Below are positions 28,781 to 37,560 of a DNA stretch of 42,070 nucleotides, piece after piece. Position 1 is the first letter of the stretch. Every line of letters begins with the position of its first letter. The notes below the pieces were generated by a model, which was given only the letters and a program-made list of their open reading frames with translations, searched no databases and had not been told where the DNA came from. Source of the DNA: Flavobacteriaceae bacterium. Its GTDB lineage: Bacteria; Bacteroidota; Bacteroidia; Flavobacteriales; Flavobacteriaceae. The stretch lies in contig JAURDG010000001.1 of the NCBI GenBank assembly GCA_030828025.1, positions 1 through 42,070 on the forward strand, given 5' to 3'. A program made the position numbers and the translations under genes.

Positions 28781-29692
28781 ATGTTAAACGGAATTATAAC
28801 CCCGTTAATTACGCCTTTAAAGTTAGATCAGCTAAGTTTAGACATCACAAGTCTAAACAAAATTATTGAACATGTCATTGCTGGAGGAGTTCATGGAATA
28901 TTTATTTTAGGTACTACTGGTGAGGCACCAAATATAAGTTACACCACCAGAAGGCATCTAATTATTGAAACTGTCAAAATTACCAAAAACAGGGTGCCGG
29001 TAGTCGTTGGGATTTCAGATACGTCTATTGAGGAAAGTCTAGAACTCGCTTCCTTATCAAAAGAGGTTGGAGCCACCGCCGTAGTAGCTACACCTCCTTA
29101 TTATTACGGCTTAAGCTCCATTGAATTGTTCAAATACTTCTGGCACTTAGCAAACAAATTACCACTACCGCTCTACTTGTATAACATGCCTTTACATACC
29201 AAAATTAACATTGACGTCGAAACTGTTTTGCAACTGGCTGAACACCCAAATATCGTTGGGCTTAAAGACAGTTCTGCCAACACGGTTTATTTTCAAAAGC
29301 TCTGTCATATGTTTAAAAATTCTGATTTTGATTTGTTTGTAGGCCCAGAAGAAATTACACCCGAAATGGTTGTGATGGGCGCAAGTGGAGGAGTTAATGG
29401 AGGGTCTAACCTATTTCCAAAACTTTACGTCTCATTGTACCAAGCTGCTCTAGCAAAGGATTTTGACAGAGTTTATGAATTACATAATTTGGTTATGAAA
29501 ATTTCAACAAACATTTACAATGTAGGCTCTTTTGGGTCAAGTTATCTTAAAGGAATGAAGGGAGCCGCGTCTTTACTTGGCCTTACCAATAATACCATTG
29601 CACCCCCATTTAATAATTTTGAAGAAAAAGAAATGGATAAACTAAGAAAAGCATTGAAAATTATCAGGTTTAAAGTTGATGAAATTATATAA
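28781..29692 (+). CDS. class I aldolase of the DHDPS / N-acetylneuraminate-lyase family (2-keto-3-deoxy-acid sugar pyruvate-lyase candidate; not a bona fide DapA)
   Basis: 303-aa ORF. GTTGE (res 44-48), PPYYY (105-109), catalytic Tyr in LYNMP (Tyr134), Schiff-base Lys in VGLKDSS (Lys162). The Arg of authentic DapA (E. coli YNVPSRTG, Arg138) is His here (YNMPLHTK). Confidence 0.8.
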   Translation: MLNGIITPLITPLKLDQLSLDITSLNKIIEHVIAGGVHGIFILGTTGEAPNISYTTRRHLIIETVKITKNRVPVVVGISDTSIEESLELASLSKEVGATAVVATPPYYYGLSSIELFKYFWHLANKLPLPLYLYNMPLHTKINIDVETVLQLAEHPNIVGLKDSSANTVYFQKLCHMFKNSDFDLFVGPEEITPEMVVMGASGGVNGGSNLFPKLYVSLYQAALAKDFDRVYELHNLVMKISTNIYNVGSFGSSYLKGMKGAASLLGLTNNTIAPPFNNFEEKEMDKLRKALKIIRFKVDEII

Positions 29693-29758
29693 TCGATATA
29701 CACCTTTTAAACAGCAGCTAAATTTGATGGGGATCACCCTGATTAAACTATCTAACTA

Positions 29759-31228
29759 ATGAATTCTATTGACATCGGTGTGTTTTTTGTTTACCTGGCA
29801 GGAATCGCCGTACTTGGGGGGTCTTTTTTCAAAAAAAACAAAACATCTACTGCTTATACTGTTGGCAATAAAGACATTCCTGCTTGGGTTGTTACGATGT
29901 CTATTTTTGCAACTTTTGTGAGTAGTATTAGCTACTTAGCACTTCCAGGAAATGCTTTTCAATCAAATTGGAATGCGTTGGTTTTTAGCTTATCCCTACC
30001 AATAGCGGTTCTCATTGCCGTAAAGTATTTTGTGCCATTATACCGCAAAATTAACAGCCCATCAGCCTACACGTTTATGGAGCAACGTTTTGGTCCTTGG
30101 GCACGTATTTATGTTTCGCTTTGCTATCTATTAACACAGCTAATGCGCATTGGCACTATTCTTTATTTGCTTGCACTAACGCTTAATGCCATCACTGGAT
30201 GGAATTTAATATCGATAATTATTTTTACTGGAATCATTGTTGCCATTTATTCCATGTTAGGTGGAATTTCCGCTGTTCTTTGGACAGATGCTATCCAAGG
30301 AGTAATTTTAATCGTGGGTGCCATTGCGTGCATTGGATTTATTCTTTTTACTTTACCCGAAGGGCCTTTACAAGTTTTTAGCATTGGCGCAGAACATAAT
30401 AAATTTAATCTTGGTAGTTTTGATTTAGACCTGACTCGTCCTACTTTTTGGGTCGTATTGGTTTACGGTATATTTATTAATCTTCAAAACTATGGTGTTG
30501 ATCAAAATTATGTACAACGATATATGGTTCTAAAATCTGACAAACAAGCCCAACGTTCGGCTTTTTTTGGTGGCTTAATTTACTTACCTATCTCTGCGCT
30601 TTTCTTGTTTATTGGAACATCTTTATTTGCCTACTATAGTTCGGTAGATGTACTCCCCGAAAATTTAAACGATTTGAGCAAAGCTGATCGAGTTTTTCCT
30701 TATTTTATTGTACATGCCCTTCCTAATGGAGTTACAGGATTGTTAATCGCCTCCATTTTTGCTGCGGGAATGAGCACAATTTCAACAAGTTTTAATAGTG
30801 CTGCAACTGTTTTTTTGACTGATTATTACAGCAAGTATTTTTCAAAAAACGCCTCAGAAAAAAAGAGAATGCAAGTGCTCTACATGGCTTCAATAATTAT
30901 TAGTATTTTGGGGATAGGTATTGCTATTGCTATGATAAATGTAAAAAGTGCACTAGATGCTTGGTGGAAATTATCCTCGATTTTCAGCGGTGGAATGTTG
31001 GGCTTATTTTTACTTGGAATTTTTTCAAAAAGCAAAAACCCCTTGGGTGCTATAGTTGGAATGATTTCTGGAATTTTAGTCATTTTTTGGTTGACTCTTT
31101 CAGAAAAAATATTTGGTCCAGCTTCCATAGGAGCATCCTTTCACACCTATCTCACGATTGTAATTGGCACCCTAACTATATTTCTGGTCGGATTTTTAAT
31201 TTCAGCGTTGAAAAGAAATAATAGATAA
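29759..31228 (+). CDS. sodium:solute symporter (SSS/SLC5) family transporter
   Basis: 489-aa ORF with about 13 hydrophobic segments. SSS-type N-terminus ...GVFFVYLAGIAVLGGSFFKKNKTSTAYTVGNKDIPAWVVTMSIFATFVSSISYLALPG. It lies 66 nt downstream of the aldolase on the same strand. Confidence 0.85.
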   Translation: MNSIDIGVFFVYLAGIAVLGGSFFKKNKTSTAYTVGNKDIPAWVVTMSIFATFVSSISYLALPGNAFQSNWNALVFSLSLPIAVLIAVKYFVPLYRKINSPSAYTFMEQRFGPWARIYVSLCYLLTQLMRIGTILYLLALTLNAITGWNLISIIIFTGIIVAIYSMLGGISAVLWTDAIQGVILIVGAIACIGFILFTLPEGPLQVFSIGAEHNKFNLGSFDLDLTRPTFWVVLVYGIFINLQNYGVDQNYVQRYMVLKSDKQAQRSAFFGGLIYLPISALFLFIGTSLFAYYSSVDVLPENLNDLSKADRVFPYFIVHALPNGVTGLLIASIFAAGMSTISTSFNSAATVFLTDYYSKYFSKNASEKKRMQVLYMASIIISILGIGIAIAMINVKSALDAWWKLSSIFSGGMLGLFLLGIFSKSKNPLGAIVGMISGILVIFWLTLSEKIFGPASIGASFHTYLTIVIGTLTIFLVGFLISALKRNNR

Positions 31229-31263
31229 GCATAAAACCACGAAACAACTTCATTTGATTTTTG

Positions 31264-33045
31264 CTACCCATAAAGTGCTTTATAGGTAGCACAAGCTCGA
31301 TAGTCCGCAGCTTCTTTTTCCATGCCAAAAGAAGCCCAAGCACTAGGTCTAAAAATCCTGTCTTCGGGAACATTGTGCATATTCACCGGAATTCTTAAGA
31401 TAGACGCTAAGGTGATCAAATCTGCGCCAATATGGCCATAGGTAAAAGCACCGTGGTTAGCACCCCAATTGGCCATTACACTATAGACATCTTTAAAGGG
31501 TCCAATCCCTGTTAGATTGGGAACAAACCAAGTGGTGGGCCATGTCGGGTTTGTTCGTTCGTTAAGTGTGTCATGTACCGCTTCTGGAAGTGCTATCGTT
31601 TTGCCTTCAGCAATTTGTAATACCGGGCCAATCCCTTTCACAATGTTTATTCTACACATGGTTACAGGCATCTCTCCCTTAGTTTTGAATGTTGAAGAAA
31701 AACCTCCACCTCTAAAATACTCTAGCATGCCAGGCCCCCAAGTGGTATGTGCTAAACATTTTTCAACTTCATCTTCTGTGATATCCCACCAAGGTTTCAT
31801 TGCGGGTAAGCCTCCAATAGATTGTTGACCCGTTCCGTCCAAAGCAGACGCTCCGGAATTTATCAAGTGAATAAATCCGTTAGCGGCATCCCCTTCTAAA
31901 GTGTGTCCGGTTACACGTTTCACCGCTTCAGGACTCCAGTATGTTCTAACGTCGCTAAAAATCTGCGCTGCACCAGTTAATAAATGCCCAAACAGCATAG
32001 AAATTCCGTTTAAACTGTCATTTTCAGTAGCAAACATAAACGGTTGTCGAATGCCGTTCCAATCAAAAGATGAAGTCAAAATAGCTTCCATAAAATCGCC
32101 ATTTGGAAAATAATCTGTCCATTGACGTTGCCCTTGAAAACCACCCGAAATGGCGTTTCTGCCCAAAGCTTCTTCTGCATAGCCCAACGCTTTTAGCTTT
32201 GGGTTTCCAATCATCAAATCTCGCCCAATCAATGCCATTTTAACCACAAAATTCCAGTCAGCATCGAGGGCTTCCCTAGATTTTTGTTTGTCTTTGGGGT
32301 TATAATCTTTTCCTTCAAGGCACTTTTCTTTGGTCCATTTTAATGCCTTTTCATATTCATCTTTGTCATAGATTTCAAGCTCAATTCTTCGAATAAATTC
32401 AGACATATCCACGTTTTCGCAGCGCATTCCTAAATAGCTTTCAAAAAAATCTGGATCAACAATCGAGCCTGCAATCCCCATAGAAACAGACCCAATAGAC
32501 AAATAAGATTTACCCTTCATTGTGGCTACCGCAAGTCCTGCCTTGGCAAAGCTGAGCAGTTTTTCTTGTACATCTGCTGGAATGTTCGTGTCGTCACTGT
32601 CTTGCACATCTTTTCCATAAATTCCAAAAGCAGGAATTCCTTTTTGATTATGACCAGCCAAAGCCGCTGCTAAATAGACAGCTCCAGGTCGTTCGGTGCC
32701 GTTAAATCCCCAAATGGCTTTAGGCAGTGTAGGGTCCATGTCTATGGTTTCGCTTCCATAGCACCAGCAAGGGGTTACTGTTAGACTGACTCCAACACCT
32801 TCCTTAGCAAATTTGTCAGCCGACGCAGCAGCCTCTGCCACACCTCCAATACAGGTATCTGAAATTACGCACTCAACAGCACTGCCGTCGGCATGTTTGA
32901 GGTTGGCAGATAGAAAGGCAGCGGCGTTTCGAGCCATATTCATCGTTGATACTTCAAGGGATTCTCTAACCCCATCTAATCTTCCGTCGATTACGGGTCT
33001 GATTCCGATTTTTGGTAATGTTCCAATCAAGGTTTTAAATTTCAT
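31264..33045 (-). CDS. fucI: L-fucose isomerase
   Basis: 593-aa ORF collinear with E. coli FucI as I recall it: [29 protein letters not shown]..., [63 protein letters not shown]. Confidence 0.92.
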   Translation of the reverse strand: MKFKTLIGTLPKIGIRPVIDGRLDGVRESLEVSTMNMARNAAAFLSANLKHADGSAVECVISDTCIGGVAEAAASADKFAKEGVGVSLTVTPCWCYGSETIDMDPTLPKAIWGFNGTERPGAVYLAAALAGHNQKGIPAFGIYGKDVQDSDDTNIPADVQEKLLSFAKAGLAVATMKGKSYLSIGSVSMGIAGSIVDPDFFESYLGMRCENVDMSEFIRRIELEIYDKDEYEKALKWTKEKCLEGKDYNPKDKQKSREALDADWNFVVKMALIGRDLMIGNPKLKALGYAEEALGRNAISGGFQGQRQWTDYFPNGDFMEAILTSSFDWNGIRQPFMFATENDSLNGISMLFGHLLTGAAQIFSDVRTYWSPEAVKRVTGHTLEGDAANGFIHLINSGASALDGTGQQSIGGLPAMKPWWDITEDEVEKCLAHTTWGPGMLEYFRGGGFSSTFKTKGEMPVTMCRINIVKGIGPVLQIAEGKTIALPEAVHDTLNERTNPTWPTTWFVPNLTGIGPFKDVYSVMANWGANHGAFTYGHIGADLITLASILRIPVNMHNVPEDRIFRPSAWASFGMEKEAADYRACATYKALYG

Positions 33046-33055
33046 ATACTGTTTT

Positions 33056-35080
33056 TTATTTGTAAAATGGTAGCCAAACGGTCATCTCCCCTTCACCTCT
33101 ATTTCCCCACGAAAAATAGGGAATGAGGGTGAGATCTGTCTGCTTAGTCGTTAGGTTGAGTGGTTGATACAATGTCTCTTCCCAAGTGGAGGATGCTAAA
33201 AAAGCTTTGGCTTTAATAACAACAACCTCTTTGTTATTTAATTTTAATTTTTCCAGGTTAAAATCAGTATTAACATCTAGAATGATGTCGTTAATTCCAG
33301 TACCAACTCCCAAGTCTGAAGATTCTACACAATACACTATTGGCCCTCTTTTTACGGCCACTTGATTCTTGGTTTCTTCCACCAACGGATTTGCTTGCAT
33401 GATGTTAACGGGCATAGGAAGTCGAATTTCTACACGATCTCCTTTTTTCCATTTTTTCGAAAAATCAACATAATTTCCTGGAGGTAGTTCTTGATCTGTA
33501 AGTTGGCCATTTATTTTGATTTCTGCATTCTCGCACCAACCAGGGATTCTGACAAATAAACTCATTGACTTTTTGGGTGCATTAATGATTCTTAAAACAA
33601 TATTCCCGTCCCATGGATAATTGGTTATTTGCTCGACCTCAATGGTTTGTCCTTCTTCATTTTTTGTTTTTAGGTGATTACTGCCATACAGATTTACATA
33701 AAGCCCGTTTGCTGAAATACTATAGGCATAATTTTGAATTTGTGCCAAGGTTCTTGTAACGTTGGGAGCACAACAATTAGACCAAGCGATATAGCCCTCG
33801 CGCTGATTTCCCCATCGTTGTTTGAAGGGAAGATCTTTAGAAACATGTAGGGGGTTGTTATAACAAAATGCTGTGCCGTCAAGGCTAATTCCAGATAAAA
33901 CACTGTTATACAAGGCCAATTCAATAACATCTGTGTATTTTGCTTCTCCGGTAAGCTGTAACATTCGCCAGTTCCACAAAACATTGCCAATATTGGCACA
34001 GGTTTCTGTGTGGGCAGTTGCATTTGGCAACTGAAATGGCCTGCCATATGCTTGATGCGTTTTTTGAACATAAGTAGGGTCGTAAGAGGTTCCATCGGGC
34101 GACACCCCATCATATAAAGAGCCGCATCCTCCAGTAATGTACATTTTTCTATAAACCACATCTTTCCAAATTAAATTTAGGTTTTCGAGTAGTTTTTCCT
34201 CGCCAGTTTCTGCATACAAATCTGCAACACCTGCATACAAATAATTGGCTCTAACGGCATGTCCCATAGCAGCTGTTTGTTGTCTAAAAGGAATTCGATC
34301 TTGATTGTCATCGGTGCCGTCATCGGTCCTTCCTCTAATATCAATTAAATTATTGGCCAGCTCTAAATAACGAGACTCTTTTAATGTTCTATACATTTCA
34401 ATAATGCCCATATAATGTGAAGGGCAAATAGCATTTCTCGCCAATTCAGGTGAGGCTTCTTTGTAGAATTTATACAAGTAATCTGCAACCCCTTTGGCTA
34501 TATTTAAAAAATTTGTTTTTCCTGTTGCGCGATAGTGAATACAGGCGGACGTCATCAAATGTCCCATATTGTATTTCTCAAAGCTCAACTGTCTTTTAAG
34601 CTCTTCGGGGCCTAAGGTTCCCCACCGCTCTTCAATTAAAACAGGGGTATTTATATATCCGTCGGCTCGTTGAACTTTTTCAAATAAAGCAATGGCTTCA
34701 TCCATTTGCTCATCCAAAACTGGATCTTTTGTGATGGCATAAGCTGCCGCCATGCCTTCCATGATTTTATAAAAATCGCCGTCATGGAAAGAAGGACCTG
34801 CATGTTTGTCTTTCATTAAGCCTGCGGCAATTTGAAAATTTTTATAGGCGTGTGAAATGCTGTCATTGTGATACAAATCCCACATATAGGGAATCGTGTT
34901 TTGGGTTTCAATATCAAATTGTTCTTTCCAAAACCCGTCTGTCCAAATCACGTCCTCTAATGAAACCCCCTTTAATTTCGAATAAGGGCTATTTGTATTG
35001 TCTGCTAAAGGGGCTCTTTGACCCAAAACAACGGGTGCTGACATAAATAAGCATATTATTGATACCGAATATTTTTTCAT
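33056..35080 (-). CDS. GH127 (DUF1680) beta-L-arabinofuranosidase / aceric-acid-hydrolase-type enzyme
   Basis: 674-aa ORF with signal peptide. GH127 Zn/Cys catalytic motifs HTETCANIG (Glu-x-Cys) and [12 protein letters not shown] (Cys-Cys). N-terminal [22 protein letters not shown]. Confidence 0.85.
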   Translation of the reverse strand: MKKYSVSIICLFMSAPVVLGQRAPLADNTNSPYSKLKGVSLEDVIWTDGFWKEQFDIETQNTIPYMWDLYHNDSISHAYKNFQIAAGLMKDKHAGPSFHDGDFYKIMEGMAAAYAITKDPVLDEQMDEAIALFEKVQRADGYINTPVLIEERWGTLGPEELKRQLSFEKYNMGHLMTSACIHYRATGKTNFLNIAKGVADYLYKFYKEASPELARNAICPSHYMGIIEMYRTLKESRYLELANNLIDIRGRTDDGTDDNQDRIPFRQQTAAMGHAVRANYLYAGVADLYAETGEEKLLENLNLIWKDVVYRKMYITGGCGSLYDGVSPDGTSYDPTYVQKTHQAYGRPFQLPNATAHTETCANIGNVLWNWRMLQLTGEAKYTDVIELALYNSVLSGISLDGTAFCYNNPLHVSKDLPFKQRWGNQREGYIAWSNCCAPNVTRTLAQIQNYAYSISANGLYVNLYGSNHLKTKNEEGQTIEVEQITNYPWDGNIVLRIINAPKKSMSLFVRIPGWCENAEIKINGQLTDQELPPGNYVDFSKKWKKGDRVEIRLPMPVNIMQANPLVEETKNQVAVKRGPIVYCVESSDLGVGTGINDIILDVNTDFNLEKLKLNNKEVVVIKAKAFLASSTWEETLYQPLNLTTKQTDLTLIPYFSWGNRGEGEMTVWLPFYK

Positions 35081-35091
35081 CTTTTTAGTTT

Positions 35092-37560
35092 TTACTTTAT
35101 GAATACATTAAAACGACGCATCATACTGTCGCCATCCTTGTCCGTAACTTTTAGCTCAAAAGAACCAAAGCCTTTGTTCTTTGGTTTAAATTGAAGCTTA
35201 TTTTTTTTAATCTCAACATAGCCATTTTCTACATTTAGACAACTAAACTTGGGGTTTTGTTCAAACCCTTTAAAGTAGGTGTTTACATCTAAGGCTAAGG
35301 TTTGGTTTAGAACTATAAAAAAATGAGGAGTAGCCATCCAATGTAAGTAGTGCTCCAACTGCGTATATCCATCCTTATCTTCATCTAAGTTGGAATCCGA
35401 AAAATCATGAGCTCCGGAATTTGGATTCAATTCGTGAGCAAGCTCCCACCAATTGGGTAATCCATCATGGTCAGTATCCCAATTTTCATCTCTCCTTTTA
35501 ATAGGAATAAGTGGAAAACCTCCAGCGTCTGTTTCGGTATCAATCATGCCAGGCAATGATGTTTGAGAACCCTTAAACGAGTAAGTACCTTGTAGCGTTT
35601 CCTCAATGATACGTTCATCAATTTCACTGGTAATAGGTTGGTTAGAACCGACATCAGACAACACATTTTTATAGGCAGCTTTGGCGGTTTGTGTTTCCAC
35701 GTAAGCTTCGAAAAAGGGGCGATCAACAAACGTGTTATAATCAACAATTTCGTTGTTTCTAATTCTAGACCTTCTGCCTTTTTCTTGGGTATCCACATCA
35801 AAATAACCTGGCATTACATTTCCGCTAAAAAAATAGCGTTGACTGCCTTTTCCAACGCCTTCATGATCAGCTGTTAGGGCCACAAAAATATCGCTTGAGG
35901 GTCCTGGCTTGTAATAATTGTTGACAAAATTTACTTCATAAGCGCCTCCATCTGTCGTTCTATGTCCCCAATTATACACCACATTATTTCGTATGTCTAG
36001 CCGTCCAGCATAAAATCCTTCACCATCCAGGCCGCCGCCCATGCTCCAGTTTCGCCCATAGTTATGCGCCAATAGATTGTGATGAAAACTGCCAATATCG
36101 CCACCTATGGTAGCAGCATATCCATGTCTATTTCCTGCTTTGTATTTGTTATGTCCTGCCACATTCAAGGCTTCGGAAATTAAAGTGCGTTGCAAGCTTA
36201 TGTTTCGCGCACCACGCGAACTAAAAGATTCATCGATTGTCCAACTAATAGAGCAATGATCTATAATGCTGTGGTTTGCACCTGTTAATCCCATGCCGTC
36301 ATAGGTAGTGCCGGATCCGATTCTGATTGTTAAAAATCGTAAAATTCCATCATTTCCTGTTAAGCCAACGGGGGCTCTGGTAATGGTAATTCCCGATCCT
36401 GGAGCTGTTTGTCCAGCTATCGTGATGTAGGGCTGATTGATGACCAATCTTGATTTTAATTCAATTGTTCCAGACACATGAAATACAATGGTTCGTGGGC
36501 CTATATCTTGGGTAACTGCATGCCGAAAACTACCTGGGCCATCATCATTTAAATTCGTAACTTCTACAACCTTACCTCCTCGCCCACCAATGGCAAAACG
36601 GCCATAACCCGCAGCACCAGGAAATGCCAAATGCGCAGGCTTAAACCACCAAAGTCTGCCTTTGGTAACTTCGCCAGATGCGCCTAGCTCATCAACCCGC
36701 CAATAATATCTTTTAGCACTATAAAGACCCTTGACCGTTACTTGATTTTTTGTGGTGTTTTCAAGAAATTCTTGAGCGCTTATATCGGCGTTTAAAACAG
36801 CCTCACGATCTTCACCAAAATACACTTGATGGGCTTTAACATCTTTTGCAGATTGCCATTCAAGGGTTACTTCTTTTTCAATTTCAACATGCTCATCCCC
36901 TAATTTAGGATAAGGGGAAGTGGCTTGTTTTTTTATATTAGGCGTGTCTATCTCAAATCCATTGATGACAATTTGATGAGCTGTGCTGATTGGACTATCC
37001 TTCCTGTTTTCATTAATCTCAAATCGAACAACAACATCTTCATTTGCACCCACCTCAAAATCTAAATATGCAGTTTCTATGGTTTCTTTAGTTAATGCTC
37101 TTTTGGTTGGCTTTATTGACATCTTATACATGTCATTGATGTAAATTTTAATCTCTGGGGAAACACCATCTACTATTTTGTCTAAAATATTGTGATAGGT
37201 TAACAGGGAATGATTTCCTTTACTTAAGCCACTTATGGTAAGTGTTAGTGCATCTTGAGAAACCAATCCGTCACTTCCCAACTTGTTGTAATAAGGTGCA
37301 CTAACTCCTAATTTATGCCAATTGGATTTAAAATCCCCTTGAATAGAAACCGTAAGATTTCCAAAGGTTTTTTCGATTAGGTTCTCATTTGTAATGGGCC
37401 ATGAATGATAATTCGGGTCGTTGACTTCAGCCAACTTTCTGCCTGAAAAATCAAAATCAACCTTTAGGGATTTAGCTATTGGTGTTGGCTGTTGCGCCTG
37501 TAGAGTCAATGCCAATAAAGGAACAAGTATTAGGGTATAAAAGTGTTTGATTCTGATCAT
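35092..37560 (-). CDS. multidomain PL1 pectate lyase (paralogue c): CBM-like + Fn3-like N-terminal modules, PL1 core, Asp-rich motif, C-terminal Ig-like domain
   Basis: 822-aa ORF with signal peptide. The PL1 core starts near residue 313 (FPGAAGYGRFAIGGRGGKVVEVTNL, ITIAGQTAPGSG). The N-terminal 290 aa have no lyase motifs and the first module ends ...QIVINGFEI. Confidence 0.8.
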   Translation of the reverse strand: MIRIKHFYTLILVPLLALTLQAQQPTPIAKSLKVDFDFSGRKLAEVNDPNYHSWPITNENLIEKTFGNLTVSIQGDFKSNWHKLGVSAPYYNKLGSDGLVSQDALTLTISGLSKGNHSLLTYHNILDKIVDGVSPEIKIYINDMYKMSIKPTKRALTKETIETAYLDFEVGANEDVVVRFEINENRKDSPISTAHQIVINGFEIDTPNIKKQATSPYPKLGDEHVEIEKEVTLEWQSAKDVKAHQVYFGEDREAVLNADISAQEFLENTTKNQVTVKGLYSAKRYYWRVDELGASGEVTKGRLWWFKPAHLAFPGAAGYGRFAIGGRGGKVVEVTNLNDDGPGSFRHAVTQDIGPRTIVFHVSGTIELKSRLVINQPYITIAGQTAPGSGITITRAPVGLTGNDGILRFLTIRIGSGTTYDGMGLTGANHSIIDHCSISWTIDESFSSRGARNISLQRTLISEALNVAGHNKYKAGNRHGYAATIGGDIGSFHHNLLAHNYGRNWSMGGGLDGEGFYAGRLDIRNNVVYNWGHRTTDGGAYEVNFVNNYYKPGPSSDIFVALTADHEGVGKGSQRYFFSGNVMPGYFDVDTQEKGRRSRIRNNEIVDYNTFVDRPFFEAYVETQTAKAAYKNVLSDVGSNQPITSEIDERIIEETLQGTYSFKGSQTSLPGMIDTETDAGGFPLIPIKRRDENWDTDHDGLPNWWELAHELNPNSGAHDFSDSNLDEDKDGYTQLEHYLHWMATPHFFIVLNQTLALDVNTYFKGFEQNPKFSCLNVENGYVEIKKNKLQFKPKNKGFGSFELKVTDKDGDSMMRRFNVFIK

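Noticed and set aside
28781-29692. Annotating the DHDPS-family gene as dapA (lysine biosynthesis)
   Set aside because: The Arg that binds aspartate semialdehyde in authentic DapA (YNVPSRTG) is His here. The gene is paired with a sugar-type symporter inside a PUL and no other dap genes are nearby.
31229-31263. Bidirectional terminator expected between the convergent symporter and fucI genes
   Set aside because: The 35-nt spacer (gcataaaaccacgaaacaacttcatttgatttttg) contains no stem-loop that I can find.
33694-34161. 155-aa same-strand alternate-frame ORF inside the GH127 gene, long for an AT-rich genome
   Set aside because: It is fully embedded in a well-supported GH127 frame that carries the conserved ETCA and CCAPN motifs. 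The overlapping translation is Cys/Met/Leu-rich with no domain-like pattern and no independent start context. It is most likely a chance open frame.
35092-35337. C-terminal domain of about 80 aa on the 822-aa PL1, considered as a T9SS (Por) secretion C-terminal domain
   Set aside because: It lacks the usual T9SS CTD pattern as I recall it (conserved Gly/Tyr strands such as ...GxY... and a ...kli K-type ending) and looks more like a generic Ig/cadherin-like sandwich. This cannot be decided without an HMM search.
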